From the NCBI RefSeq assembly GCF_009914755.1, contig NC_060926.1: a stretch of 64,000 nucleotides of DNA; one strand, 5' to 3'. The DNA comes from the human T2T-CHM13v2.0 reference genome, Homo sapiens. This document shows positions 14,097 to 27,159 of this stretch, piece after piece. Numbering within the stretch: position 1 is the first letter of the stretch; each line of letters opens with the position of its first letter. Made by a program: the position numbers and the translations under genes. The notes under the pieces were generated by a model. It was not told where the DNA came from, did no database searches, and saw only the letters and a list, made by a program, of their open reading frames with translations.

Positions 14097-14269
14097 ACTA
14101 CTCGGGAGGCTGAGGCAGGAGAATGGCTTGAACGTGGGACACGAAGATTTCGGTGAGCAGAGATCACGCCACTGCACTCCAGCCTGGGTGACAGAGCGAG
14201 ACTCCATCTCACAACAAAACAAAACAAATAAACAAAATAAATAAATAAATAAATAAATAAAAATAAAAA
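14097..14269 (+). mobile_element. 5'-truncated Alu right arm with (AAAT)n tail
   Basis: 'ctactcgggaggctgaggcaggagaatggc...gactccatctc'. Confidence 0.93.
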
Positions 14270-15500
14270 GAATCATTCTGACTGCTGGTGAGCATAGACT
14301 GTAGGAAATCAGAAATGTACAGAGAGAGACTGTGTGAGATGCTATTTCAATAATCAGGTTAGTGATGACAGTGACCCAAACCATAGGAGTATCAGGGGAG
14401 CAGAGACAAACGATCCAAGATTGGATTTTTTTTCTTTTTTTGAGACAGAATCTCACTCCATCATCCAGGCTAGAGTGCAGTGGTGTGATCTCGGCTCACT
14501 GCAACCTCCGCCTCCAGAGTTGAAGTGATTCTACTCAGCCTCTGGAGTAGCTGGGATTACAGGTGTGAGCCACTGCACCCAGACTTGGATGTGTTTTGAA
14601 AGTCGAATCTTGCTAGGGAGTGAACGTGGGGCATTAGAGAGAGCAGAGTCAACCATGCTGCCAGAAACTAAACAAATGGTAGGATGGGGCTGCCATTGAC
14701 TGAGATAGCTGAACAGTGAGACACACAAGTTTGGTGAGTGGGGCCAAGGAGGAGTTCACTTCAGACATGCTGTGTTTGAGATGCTTGAGGTGCCTATTAC
14801 ACATCAGAGAGGTGATGTCAAGAAGTAGCTGAATATATGAGCCTGTGGTTCAGAAGGAAAGGGGTCTTGTTAGAGATAGACATTTAGGACTGTCAGTGCT
14901 GAGATATGTTTAAAGGAGGAAGGCTGGATGATGTCACACCTGGGATGTCACACATGAGTACAGAGGACAGGAGTAGTCTGGGTGCTAAGACCAGGGATGC
15001 CACAGTGTTCAGGAGTCAGGGAAAGGAGGAGGAACCAGCAAAGAACACTTAGGAGGAAGGCCAGTGAGAAGGAAGAAAGCAAACGATCTGTATTATCTTG
15101 AATCCAGGTAGAAAAAAATATTTTAAAAATGAAGAAATATTAAATACAGTAAATATTGTTGCAAAGTCAAGTAGGACGAGGAATGACAATTGAACATTGG
15201 ATGTCACCATGTTTACCACCTTGTAAGGGTTGTTTGGTGTAGTGTGTGGCCAATCCTTCGAGAGAAAATTGTAGAAGTGGAAACAGTGGATGGGCATGAG
15301 ACTTCCAAGGAATTTGGCATTCAAGGAGAGTAGAGGCATAAATCTGTAGTTAGGGGGTCAGTAACTTTTTAAAATAGCTACAGACTGTATATCTAGGAGA
15401 AAGACTCATAGGAAGGGAGCAAATTATGATATGGGAAAAACAGGAGGAAATTACCTAGGAATGATTTGAGTAGGCATGAGGAGATAGAGTTGAGCACACC
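14270..15500 (-). mobile_element. L2 fragment interrupted by an Alu monomer
   Basis: 'gccattgactgagatag', 'gagttcacttcagacatgctgtgtttgagatg', 'gaggaggaaccagcaaag'. Confidence 0.8.
14425..14584 (-). mobile_element. Monomer-length chimeric Alu
   Basis: Left-arm 5' end joined to right-arm 3' end at gctgggattacagg; flanked by TTGGAT. Confidence 0.85.
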
Positions 15501-16059
15501 CATGATCGCTCAAATGTCACCAGGTTTGATACAGATGGGTATGAATTCAGACAACATATATTTGTGGTTCTGGCCCTGTTCAGGTGGTCCTTTTGTAGAG
15601 GGCTTCATGAGATATGGCTGATGAAGTAGGCTGTGTTTAAAGCAGATTGGGTTAAATGCCTAGACAGGGAGATTAGGCTTAACCCAGGGAGTGAGAGGAG
15701 TCATCAAGGATTCAGAAGATGGAATGGAATGAGGAGAGAAGTGTGCATTATATAATACTGCTGCCGATGTTCGGAATAGCTGATATGTATCCAGTGTGCT
15801 CTTTCCAGATATTGTTACCCGTGTTGCAGGAAACTATTGAGATTCACGTGGATGTGGTTCTTGCTACTATGAGAGTATTAAGGAAAAAATAAAATTTCTT
15901 GTCATCCTAAGAATATTGCCAGGACTTCATGTTCTGAATCTGTCATAAATGTCTTCAGATGTGTTTCAAAGTGGAAAATGAAAGTCTGAGGCACCCTGAG
16001 AAGAACCCTCCACAGCAGCATCTTGTGGGATGAGGTTACAACAATCTCTGTGAAGTAAG

Positions 16060-16086
16060 TCTTTTTCCTTTTTTTTATTTTCTTTC

Positions 16087-16142
<56 letters not shown>

Positions 16143-16334
16143 TCCTTCCTCCCTCCCTCCCTCCCTCCCTTCCCTTCCCTTCTATCTCTTCTCTTCCCTT
16201 CTCTTCTCTTCTCCTCTCCTCTCCTCTCCTCTCCTCTCCTCTCTTCTCTTCTCTTCTCTTCTCTTCTCTTCTCTTCTCTTCTCTTCTCTTTCTTTCTTTC
16301 TCTCCTTCTCTCTCTCTCTCCTTTTTTTCTTTTT
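16060..16334. repeat. Compound polypyrimidine microsatellite (TTTC, TCCC, TCTTC, TCTCC) forming an expanded Alu tail
   Basis: 275 nt with only two purines (16077, 16184). Confidence 0.97.
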
Positions 16335-16596
16335 GTCTCACTCTGTCCCCTGGCTGGTGTGTAGCAGCACAGTTGGCTCACTGCAACCTCCAACCCCTGG
16401 GCTCAAGGGATCCTCCCAACTCAGCCTCCCACAGACACACACCACCACGCCACGCCCAGCTAAGTTTTTGTATTTTTGGTCAGATGGGGTTTCGCCATGT
16501 TGCCCAGGCTGGTCTCAAATTCCTGAGCACAAGCGATCTGCCCATGTTGGCCTTCTAAAGTGCTGGGATTACAGGTGTGAGTCACTGTGCCCGGCC
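16335..16596 (-). mobile_element. AluJ
   Basis: Diverged dimer with J-type 'tgggctcaag' and 'ttgcccaggctggtctc'. Confidence 0.93.
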
Positions 16597-16778
16597 TGCT
16601 TCTCATTATCTGAGCACCACTGAAGTCCTAGATTCTTAGCTCACATCAGAGAGAAGGAGCAACAATCAGTCAAAACCTACAGGAGATTTTCCTCATCTCC
16701 CAGGTGAAAACAGGCTCAGAGACAGGTGACACTCCATTAAAAAGTAAAATACATTCATAACTGATATAAAGGCACCAC

Positions 16779-16890
16779 ATATGTGTATATATAGTATTAT
16801 ATATTATATGGTGTGTGTATACACATATATGTATAGTATTATATATAATATAGTGTGTGTATACGTATTTTTTATATATATATATATATA
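16779..16890. repeat. TA/TG-rich low-complexity tandem repeat
   Basis: Repeated tatagtattatata...gtgtgtgtatac unit followed by (TA)n. Confidence 0.85.
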
Positions 16891-17837
16891 AATTCTTGTG
16901 CATAGCATTATTTCATTTTGCTAATGACAAGTCTAAGGCTCACAGAGGCAAGGTGACTCACCCAGAATTTTTATATGGCAGAACCAAGCAGCCAAGAGAA
17001 TTTGTCTCACCACACTCCGTGTTCTTGTTGCCACCAGTGTATTTTAAATGTTAAGTTTCTGCTATACTTTATTTATACTATTCTTTATTTTATTATTCCT
17101 TTTAAACTAAACTTAAATCGACTCACTTTCTTGATTTTAGACCCATCCTAAGCAAAACTATCCATAAATGCCTAGGTTTTACGTTCTAATTACATATTAA
17201 TTTCTAACATATTTAATAATTATTAAAAATAATCATCTCTAGAATTACCAATAAAGTACAGGATAGGTTGAAAGTACAGAATTAGGAGTAGAGAAAAATT
17301 ATTCATAAGTTGTAATGAGAAGACTAAGGTTCATGACCTGAACGTGGTTATTGACAGGTGAAATGCAAAAAAGACAATAAAAACACGAGAGATTTTGAAA
17401 TTAAAGCAAAAAAAAAAAAAAAAAACTATGAGTTCAGATGACTTCTATGGTTTCAGGTGATTGGTGGTGCTATCAGGACAGGCGAGAAGCCCAGCAAAGT
17501 TAAAAGTTACTCGGCAAGGCTGCATGTAGCTCAGCTCTGCCAGCACAGCTGACATCTTACGCCACAATAGTCCGAGTGAATTTCTCTGTAGGATAAGGGG
17601 GTTAAATTAGCTGATCACAGACATGCTGATTTCTCATTGTTCCTTCCTTCAATATAGGTACAATTATATATAGACATAAGTATACATATGTATATATGCA
17701 TACACAGTTGTTTTTTTCTTCAATTGGGGAAGGGGTAGTAAAGGATAAATATAATTTTAGAGTCACAAAAACTATATCCAAAAATAGTCAAGTCAATCTT
17801 GTACATCCTATTGTGTAACAGACATCACTCACGATAA

Positions 17838-18140
<303 letters not shown>

Positions 18141-18706
18141 GAATTCTTTTCCTTTCTGTAAGATCACATTAGTTACTAATTAACTCATACTCAAGTCATA
18201 GTCGTCACAAAGAACACATGGTGGCAGACAGCACTGAAAGGCCCCCCATTCCTTCTCAGCCTTTGGCTTCTCTGATGTGAAATGACACCTCTCATAATCT
18301 TTGAGTGATTTGGCTGTTGCTGTGTGAAATCTCCCAGTTCAAATGGGTCCTTATTTTCTCTGGGAAAATTACAGCACTGGACTTACAGGCCAGAGACTGG
18401 ATGAGATGACTTCTTTGAAATGTGTATTCAGCAGAAGAGAAAATTGGCTGCACTCATAAGCGCTTTTAGAATGCTAAGGAAATCTCTAAGACCCCCTCAT
18501 ACTTCTTGACTCTCTCTCTGTTACAAGCATTTGGGAGACTTAGAATATTCCTTTGCTATCTGGCATAATTACGAGAAAGTCAGCATCTTTGGAAAAAAAG
18601 ACAGAACTCAAAAAATTTCCTAATCTGTTCCTGGTTGGGGATGGCTACAATTTTTCCAAATAATGCCAGGTAATGTGCATGTATCTATCTTTATATTTCT
18701 ATGCAG

Positions 18707-18738
18707 ATGTGTGTGTGTGTGCGTGTGTGTATGTGTGT
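18707..18738. repeat. Imperfect (TG)n
   Basis: Read directly. Confidence 0.9.
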
Positions 18739-20979
18739 ATTTCTTCTGAATTTCTCATCCCTTGGAAAATGAGTGTTAGTCAAAAGAACATTAAAAAAAT
18801 TAGATTGGGTTTTGGGAATGTGGTCATTGTGGAGCAGCTTATTATCAGATAATAAACCTGCATGTGGGTGGGTGGGTGGTGCGTGTGTGAGTGTGAGTGT
18901 GTATTTGAAGCCACTGCAGAGCGGCCAACAGCAGGCAGAAATGGGAGGCTCTCCCCCTTGAGAGCAGGGAAGCGCTCACTGCATGAGAACCAGGTGCAGG
19001 AGACACAGAGTGTCCACAGGGATGCTGTGTCCCCCTGGAGCACTCAAGTTTGTGCAGCACACGAGCTGGGTCTCAGGTGGAAAGCCGCAGTCTTTGTGGC
19101 TTGAGGTGTCTGGGGAATAGGGTTTGGTGCTGCCAGAGAGGTTAGGCTCAAAAGTATGCTGTAAATGTTTGCGTTTCACTCTATGTAAATTCTAGCCGAC
19201 TCCAAAGAAAAAAATCAAGATTGAAACCTGAATCTGTTTGATATTAAATGATGTTCACAAGTTTATGAAATTGCTCTGGGCCTTAGATTCCTCATGTGAA
19301 AACATAATGGGCACTACTTACTGAAAACCTGCCTCGTGTAAGACCCTCTCTTAGCAGCTTTACAGCTCTAAAACTCACGGTCATCCCCCAAAGAAAGGTG
19401 TATTATTTGTCTTGGCCAAGATCCAGAATGGGATCTAGATATGTCTGGTTCCACAGGTCGCATAGTTATGTCTACTGTGGCCACCTCCCTGTTGGGAAGA
19501 TCAAGTTGAAAAGTGAGGTGTGTTATAAACTGGTAAGACGTTCTAGGATTTCATGTTGCTATTACTACTCAAAGGGACTTTTCTCTTTCCAAGTCATGAA
19601 GACAAAACATTTGGGCCCAATGTTGAGACACTTAGAGCAGCACAAAAGCCAATTGCTTGGGTGGGGACGTCTCCGTTTCAAAGCTTCCTCTCTTGGTGAG
19701 TTCTCACCCGACCCACGTGCAGCTTCCATCCCTTGCGTTCAAAGGTGTGTAATCAGGTGACAACTCTGGGAACTTTCTACTTTTTTACCCTTGTTCCAAG
19801 GGTCTGACACTCTGAAAACTCAAAAGAGTGGAGCCAGCAGCTGGAGAGAAGTAAAGACACATTTGTAAGATGCTGTGTGTGGTGTTTTCTTTTCCTCCCT
19901 TTTCCCCTAAATGCAGAGAGAGTGCAGTGTGACTAATTACACCAGAGAGGAAAGCAGAAGCTCTCAAGTTAAAGTATTTTGGTAATCATGTTTACTGCGG
20001 GTAAAGTACGTCTGCATTAAATAAGTCAAAACACAGTGCGCAAAATTTGGAAGGATTCCTTGAGCACTGCAAGGACGGAGTTAGATGTAGAAATGATATA
20101 ATGTCCAAGTCGAAGCACTATGAGAGAAGATAAACCATCTGCTTCAACTAACTCAGATCCACTTGAAAATGCTAATCGTATGGCAGGAGGATGATTAAAC
20201 TACATTAAAAAAAACTTTTTCAGTAAGAGATGTACTGCATTGTTCAGCAAGATTGGGCTCCCCACAGATGGAAGGAATGTTATTGCCTCAATTAGGTGAC
20301 CATCAGAATCTTAGTTTGTCATAGGTTCTTAAAGACTTTATTGATCACTCGAGCTCTGTTCTGCCATCCATCTCTTTGCAGATGGTCCAGAAAAGGTAAT
20401 TAACTTGTCGAAAGGCCTGCAAATGTTTAATAGCAGATCCAGAACCGAAATGCTGATTTCCTCACTCCAGATTTCATGTCCTTGCTGCTGCCTCTGTAAG
20501 TGGAGAACTGAGTACTACACTGATAAGAAAATACTACGCAATCATTACTCAGTTATAGGAATGTTGCTGCTAGAACGGAAAGAAATCTTTACAAGGTGCT
20601 AGACACAGACCCCAACTCCTCATTTTATGAGCAAGAGAAGCAATTATGGGTAAGAGAAGTAAGGAGTTGCTATTTACCCCACCACACAATCATGAAATGG
20701 AAATATGCAATACACACACACACACATTCATATAGACATTCTGCTCTAAAATGGGAACAGGTGAAGGTTTTGGTATGGGCTTCAACAGAGGGCATAACTT
20801 TCAATGTCCATGTCAATGAAGATGGCATTTCCTTTTCAATGTCAATGAAGATGATGCCACTGCTACTGTGATGAATATGACAATGATGATAGTGAATTTT
20901 TGAGAGCTCACTGTGGAACTCCTGGGCACTTTACATAAATTGTGTCATTTAATCTTTCAAAAACCCCTGAGGCTGCTTG

Positions 20980-21375
20980 TGCACTAGTTTGCTAGGGCTG
21001 GCCTAAGAAGAATCACAAACTGGGTGGCGTAAACAATAGAAATTTACTGTCTCGCTGTTCTAGAGGATAGAACCCCAAGATCAAAGTGTTGGGTGAGGTT
21101 GGTTCCTTCTGAGGGCTGTGAGGAAAAGATCTGTTCCAGGACTCTCTGCTTGGCTTGTACATGGCTGTCTTCTCTCTGTGTCTTCGTATTTTCTTTTCTT
21201 TTTGCATGCCTTTTCCAAATTCCCCCTTTTCATCAAGATACCGTCATGTTGGTCCATGGCCCACTCTAGTAACCTCATTTTGATTGGATTGTCTCCAAAT
21301 ATGGTCATATTCTGAAACACTAGAGATTAGGACTTAAGCAGATGAACTTTGTGGGGTACAGTTCAGCTCGTAACA
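20980..21375 (-). mobile_element. MLT1 (MLT1B-like) MaLR solo LTR inserted in a MIR
   Basis: 'ctagtttgctagggctg...aaactgggtggcgtaaacaatagaaattta...gttcagctcgtaaca'. Confidence 0.85.
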
Positions 21376-22542
21376 GGCTGGCATTGCTGTCGTCGTTATT
21401 CTTCCCATCCTGGAGACGAGGCAGCCGAGGATCAGAGAAGGCGCATACTGTGTTCATCGTCACAAAGCTGGAGGGAAGCAGAACCTGCGTGAAGTCTGCG
21501 GCTGAAGGGGGAGACTTGGCTTTTCTTCCTAAAAATATTTTGTTTGCTTTTGTGTGAGGCCCAGGTCAGGCTCTCAGAAAAGGACTCTTTGTCTCCAAAC
21601 AGTTCCTGAAAAACGTTCTCCCCCAGATGACTCCACTAGGAATTGATTTTCCCTCAAGATGATAGGAAGCTGTTTTTCAAAGTCTGCACCATGCCAGTTG
21701 GGGCCCTGCTGGAACTCTATCTGCACTTCTCTCTTGCCCCGAGAGCCACACCCCTGATTCTTGGGGTCCCAAGTGTGGACTAATGTTCTGAGTCTCAGCC
21801 ATTACCACTCACATCAGTGTCAGAACAAAAAGCTGGGTGCAGCCTGTGAAGGAGCTCAGAGAATATTCCATCTTCAACTGGGGGGAACTGATGACTGCAA
21901 ATCCACACCATTGACTCAGGCAAGGGATTTCAACAGACAGGGCACATTCCTCAAGGAGGGAAGTTACTACAGCTTGGGAGAGAGAAAGCTTGAGGTGGGA
22001 GGAGCAGGAGCCAGCAGAGAGAGACCGTGGACAAATACTTCAGAGTAATAAAACTGAAGAAACTCAAGGGCCAAGGTTGCTGGTTAGAAAGAAAACACAG
22101 AACTAAAACTGTAGGCAGGGACATTAAAGCAAAATATGTCTGGTTATAACATCATTTCCCCAAAATTTCAGTGCAGTTTTTACTGGGTGAAAATTACTTC
22201 TTTGTGAATCATTTTGATAGGAATTCCACTGGAGATTTAAGGCCAGATAAAGCAGGGAGATAAGCCAAGGTATGTCTTATGAAAGGAGTGAGACATGATG
22301 GGTATAAAGCAGCCGAAGGTGGACAGGGTGGGTGTGCACCTGGCTCCTCAGATACCTGTTCTCAGGTCCTGGGAGAGCAACACCTCTCTGCATGTCAGTC
22401 TCTATATTTCTAATATGTGTTATCGTAACAGTGTCCTAGTAAGTCATGACAATTCAATGCGATCACACATGTGAAATTGCCTGCATAAGCTTGGCACTTG
22501 TAAAGTACTCAACAAATGTTTTAGAATAATGACAGATAATTG

Positions 22543-22836
22543 GGCCAGTATAGTGACCTGTGCCTGCATTTCGGGAGGCCAAGATGGCAGGAATGTTTGA
22601 GCCCAGGAGTTTGAGACCAGCCTGGGCGACATAGTGAGACCCCATCTCCACAAAAAATTTAAAAATTAGCCGGGCATGATGACATGCACCTGTGGTCCCA
22701 GCAACTTGGGAGTCAAAGGTGGGAAGATTGCTTGAGCCCACGAGTTCCAGGCTGCGGTGAGCTATGATGGTGCCACTACATTCCAGCCTGGGCAACAAAG
22801 TGAGATCCCATCTCAAACAAAAACAAACAAAAAAGA
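22543..22836 (+). mobile_element. AluJ
   Basis: 'ttgagcccaggagtttgagaccagcctgggc'; ATAATTG on both flanks. Confidence 0.93.
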
Positions 22837-23599
22837 AATAATTGTATTATAAGGAAGTAACAACTGGGCAGCAGGGCTTCTGTTTGTAATTCGATCTTCT
22901 TCCTTCTAGGCCACAAAGAAAGAATTATGTACTTATCATGGAAGATATCTAAAGCAGAGGCTGTGTCATGAGATAGAGAAATAAACCCTTAAATCATAAC
23001 CGTGTAGGAAAAAATCTTAAATACAAGGGCTCCAGTGACACTGGCTATTCATGTGGACAATCAGCTATGAAGCAGAGTTGCCACTTAGCCTATGGAGCAA
23101 TTGTGGGCTTCTGTTGGAAAAATACATGTTGAATCCTGAGACCAATGATAAGAAAAATAGGGTGAGAAATCCAGGTGAGTGTGACTTTTATTCACCCCTA
23201 AAGTGGGGTGTCCAGGCATTGAGCTGCTGGGATTGTCCTGGCCAGCCACCATTTCCTCCATCAATTGTTTTTTCTGACTCGCATCATTTAGAAATGCCTG
23301 TGATAGCTGCAAAATTTTTGTTTTTCATCCATACCTCTCTCTTCAACCATATGGCCCTGTTGGTCAGCTTGGCATAGGGTAGAGGGCTGGGTAAAGGGAC
23401 GATATTTATTGTGCTGAAATCTTCAGCTCTTCCTGTCCATTGCACATTTAATTCTCCCAGCATCCACATGAGCAAATTATTCTTTCATTTTTCAAATGAG
23501 ATGAGTCTCAGTAAGAGATAGGTAGTTAGTAGCAGAGTTAAGATTTAAACTTTGGCGTGTGCAAAGCCAAAGTCCATGTTATTTCTATTATACTGATAT

Positions 23600-23840
23600 T
23601 AGTAAAATAACAAAAACTGAAACTTACGTAGCATTGACTATAGGTTGGGTATGGTTCTAAATACTTTAGATACCTTCACTCCATCTTCATGAAACCCCAA
23701 GCAATAGGTAGGTGTAGGTATCCTTAACACCAATTACAGATGGTAAACCAGAGGGCAGGGTGGATGGAGTCAGGAACAGAGCTATTAAGGATGGAGCTGA
23801 GATGCCACCTGGAAACTCTGGCTTCCCAGTGTTCAACCAC
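23600..23840 (-). mobile_element. MIR
   Basis: Antisense MIR core ('ccaattacagatggtaaaccagaggg'). Confidence 0.65.
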
Positions 23841-24217
23841 TGTATTAATTTGCTAGGACATACAAAGTCCCACAAACCAGGTGGCTTAAAACAACATAAA
23901 TTTCTTGTCTCACAGTTCTGGAGGGTCAAAGTTCAAGATCAAGGTGCCGTCAGTTGGATTTCATTCTGATGTCTCTCTCTTTGTCTCCTAGAGGGCCATC
24001 TCCTCCCTGGGACTTTTCATGGTCCTCCCTCTGTGTGTGTCTGTGTCCTGATCTCTTCTTATAAGGATACAAGTCATATTGAATTAGAGACCATCCCAAT
24101 CACCTCATTTTACCTTAGTTACCCCTTTAAAGACTCTTCTTAAATACAGTCACATTCTGTGGCACTGTTAGCACTTCAACATATGAATTTTTGGAGAACA
24201 GAATTCAGCCCACAACA
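23841..24217 (-). mobile_element. MLT1A0-like MaLR solo LTR
   Basis: TG...CA ends, 5-bp TSD ACCAC, typical 'tcttgtctcacagttctggagg'. Confidence 0.9.
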
Positions 24218-25753
24218 ACCACTGTGGGAGACAGCCTTCCTCTCCAGTTGTGTTATCTCCATTGACAGTCCTGTTGTTTTGCTTTTATGTTTCCTTCTAG
24301 TGAAGTCTTGCCCCTACAACTCTAATGGCTCACACACATGGCCTTTGGTACTAACAACATTGATCCATGGATATTGAAATACATCTAACAATGAATGAGG
24401 CTTAATATGCTCCAGAAATTCTCAGCCTGTATTTTAGATAGTACTAAGTACCTACTGACTACTCTTGAAAGTTTTCTTTTCCCAAATCTCACCATTCCTT
24501 ATTTATAAACTTTAAAAAAATTATGTTAACAGACAGAGACAGTCGGAGAAGGGTAAAGGTAGAGATGGGAGTCAGATATGTTGTCTTTGGGTAAAATAAG
24601 ACAGCTTATTGTTTGCTCTGAAGTTGGAGTTATAAAAATCTACAGTTTCATATGGGAAAATATTTGTTTATAACATTAAGACAAAATAGTGAAATTAAAA
24701 GTATAAATATGAGCATGCTCAAAAGTAGAGCTATAAATAAGGAAATAAAAGATGGGTAGGAAATGAATCAAATTGTTTACTTTGGGTGTCTGTGAGTGTG
24801 GTTAGTGGGAGTGATTTTTCTTCTTTTACTTATTAAAAAAGTGAATTTTTATAAGTAGTTAATACTTTAGAATTCAATAGGTCATAAAATATTGTAAGAT
24901 TTCTTAAGCATGGCTGTCTTATAATTAAACTTCCTTTTGGAATGACATGTCTATCTTAGAATGACACCTACTGTCTTACAACGAGCATGCAAAGCCCGGA
25001 TCTTGTTTACAAGGCAAATTACACATCTGTAAGAGGCAGAGAAGGCTTGAAATGTCTTATCAAAGCACTCCCACAAAAAGTGATTACTGGATCCTCAAAA
25101 CTACCTTATTCAGTACATTAAAAGATGATGAATATCATTATAGGGCATAAGAAGATTAAGAACCAAAACAATCAGGGGAATGGCAGCCAGGGAGTGGAAA
25201 CTCATCGATAGCCATGAAGTCTGTTTGTTTCTAGCTTCTTCTGTGCTTTGGTACTAAGAATATGTTTCTAACTAGAAACATCTAACTATCTCTTTAAAAA
25301 TGCAGTTACTTTTAAATAGGACAGATTCTACAAATGATTGCTTTCAGCTGTGTAAATGGCATCTCAGAATTTTATGTTTAATATTCATATTTAACAATTT
25401 TAAAACGGTGCAGTTCTGCATCAGATTTTAACATACTGGTCCAATGCATTTATTTGTAGTACTAGGATACCCTATTTTAAAACAGATCTGAACATCTTTT
25501 TTCATGTATTCTGTGAATATGTCTAAATTCATATCAGGTAAATGATTGAAGAAAAAGATTCTAGGTCTCCATTGACCTTGAGAAGACTCAAACTTCCACA
25601 AGGATCCGTGCTTACCTGAAATCCAAGTGTGTACTGGGTACTGTCACAGCTATGGGTCTTCTTCCATCAGTGCCAGGCAAGGCTCAGGCACCTGTGAATG
25701 ACTCGTGCTCCTGCCCCAGTTTCATTACAATCTGTGAAATAAAAGAACATATG

Positions 25754-26061
25754 GGCCGGACACGGTGGCTCAAGCCTGTAATCCTAGCACTTTGGGAGGC
25801 TGAGGCAGGTGGATCACCTGAGGTCAGGAGTTCGAGACCAGGCTGGCCAACATGGTAAAACCCCATCTCTAATAAAAATACAAAAATTAGCCAGGCGTGG
25901 TGGTGCATGCCTGTAATCCCAGCTACCTGGGAGGCTGAGGCAGGAGAAATGCTGGAACCCAGGAGGCAGAGGCTGCCTGGTGAGCTGAGATCACACCACT
26001 GCACTGCACTCCAGCCTGGGAGACACAGCAAGACTCCATCTCCAAAAAAAAAAAAAAAAAA
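25754..26061 (+). mobile_element. AluSx-like
   Basis: Full dimer, A tail, TSD AGAACATAT. Confidence 0.97.
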
Positions 26062-27159
26062 GAGAACATATTAATATGACACACCTCTATGTGATGTGTC
26101 CTAATGCAGTTAGTTTCAGGGCTTAAGTGATTTCTCTCTTTGTTTGGTTTGGTTTAGTTTAGTTGGTTTTACTATCTGTCTAGCTTTTGGATTTATGTGT
26201 TCACTACAAGAACAGGTACTATGGTTTGGCTACAAGAGAAGTTTCATATTGCTGATGATATGTTTAATTTTTAAATGACAATTTTATCATTTATATTTTA
26301 GGCTTTGGCAACAGATTTATACATTAAGTCTTGAGAATGCAAGGCAAACTTAAAAAGAAATTGCAACCACCTATGTATAATGAATCAGGATATTTTAATC
26401 TTGTACAGTCGCAGCAAAAATCCAGGATAAATCAAATGCTAACAATCAGACTGGGCTATCATCCATAACCCTGATTTCAATTAAGCCAAAAAACTGCCTC
26501 ATTTTGTAATTACTTGATATTATAATAAGAAAATGTTATAAATTTGAGCTTATAAAATATATTTGCATTACAAAATACTGATTTTATCTTTCATCTGCTT
26601 TACATTTTACAGATATACCTAATAGCTCATTTGAAAATAGAATCCTCTTTTTTAAAAGTTTGGAAAATATGAAAGGAAACCAATATCAGACCAAGAGTAG
26701 TTATTATAATCCATGTGACTTTTCAATAAGTAAAGCAAAAATTGCTGCTATTATAACAACATGTTCATAGCTTCCCCATAGTCATGTTCTAATTAATCAT
26801 TATTTTAGCTTTTCTCATGTGCCATGAGTTATTTCCAACTGAACCAGGATTGGGGGTTTTCCCTGGGAAATAACCAGGTATTCATTGCTTCCGTTGTTAT
26901 ATCGATGATTGTAGCATACCAGAGACCACCAAGGCTTACCTCATTCAGGTCAATTTAAATGAAATTCTCATCTCCTACAAATCATTTTATAAGAGATTTT
27001 ACCTTTTTTCTAACCTTCGCTTTCAAGATACCATATAAAGTCAAATTCTAAAACCTGAAGATTATAGAAGTTTTACCATATAGAGTAAAAGAAATTGGAT
27101 TTCCACTAGAGTCACTCTGAATTTTATATTCCCAATAGAGATCAATGAAGACTGTATCC

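Noticed and set aside
15902-16393. 163-aa and 88-aa R/E/K-rich ORFs on the minus strand
   Set aside because: They are translations of the purine strand of a compound microsatellite plus Alu sequence.
18863-18882. Potential G-quadruplex GGGTGGGTGGGTGG (similar at 44164-44183)
   Set aside because: Only three full G3 runs; it does not meet the canonical four-run pattern.
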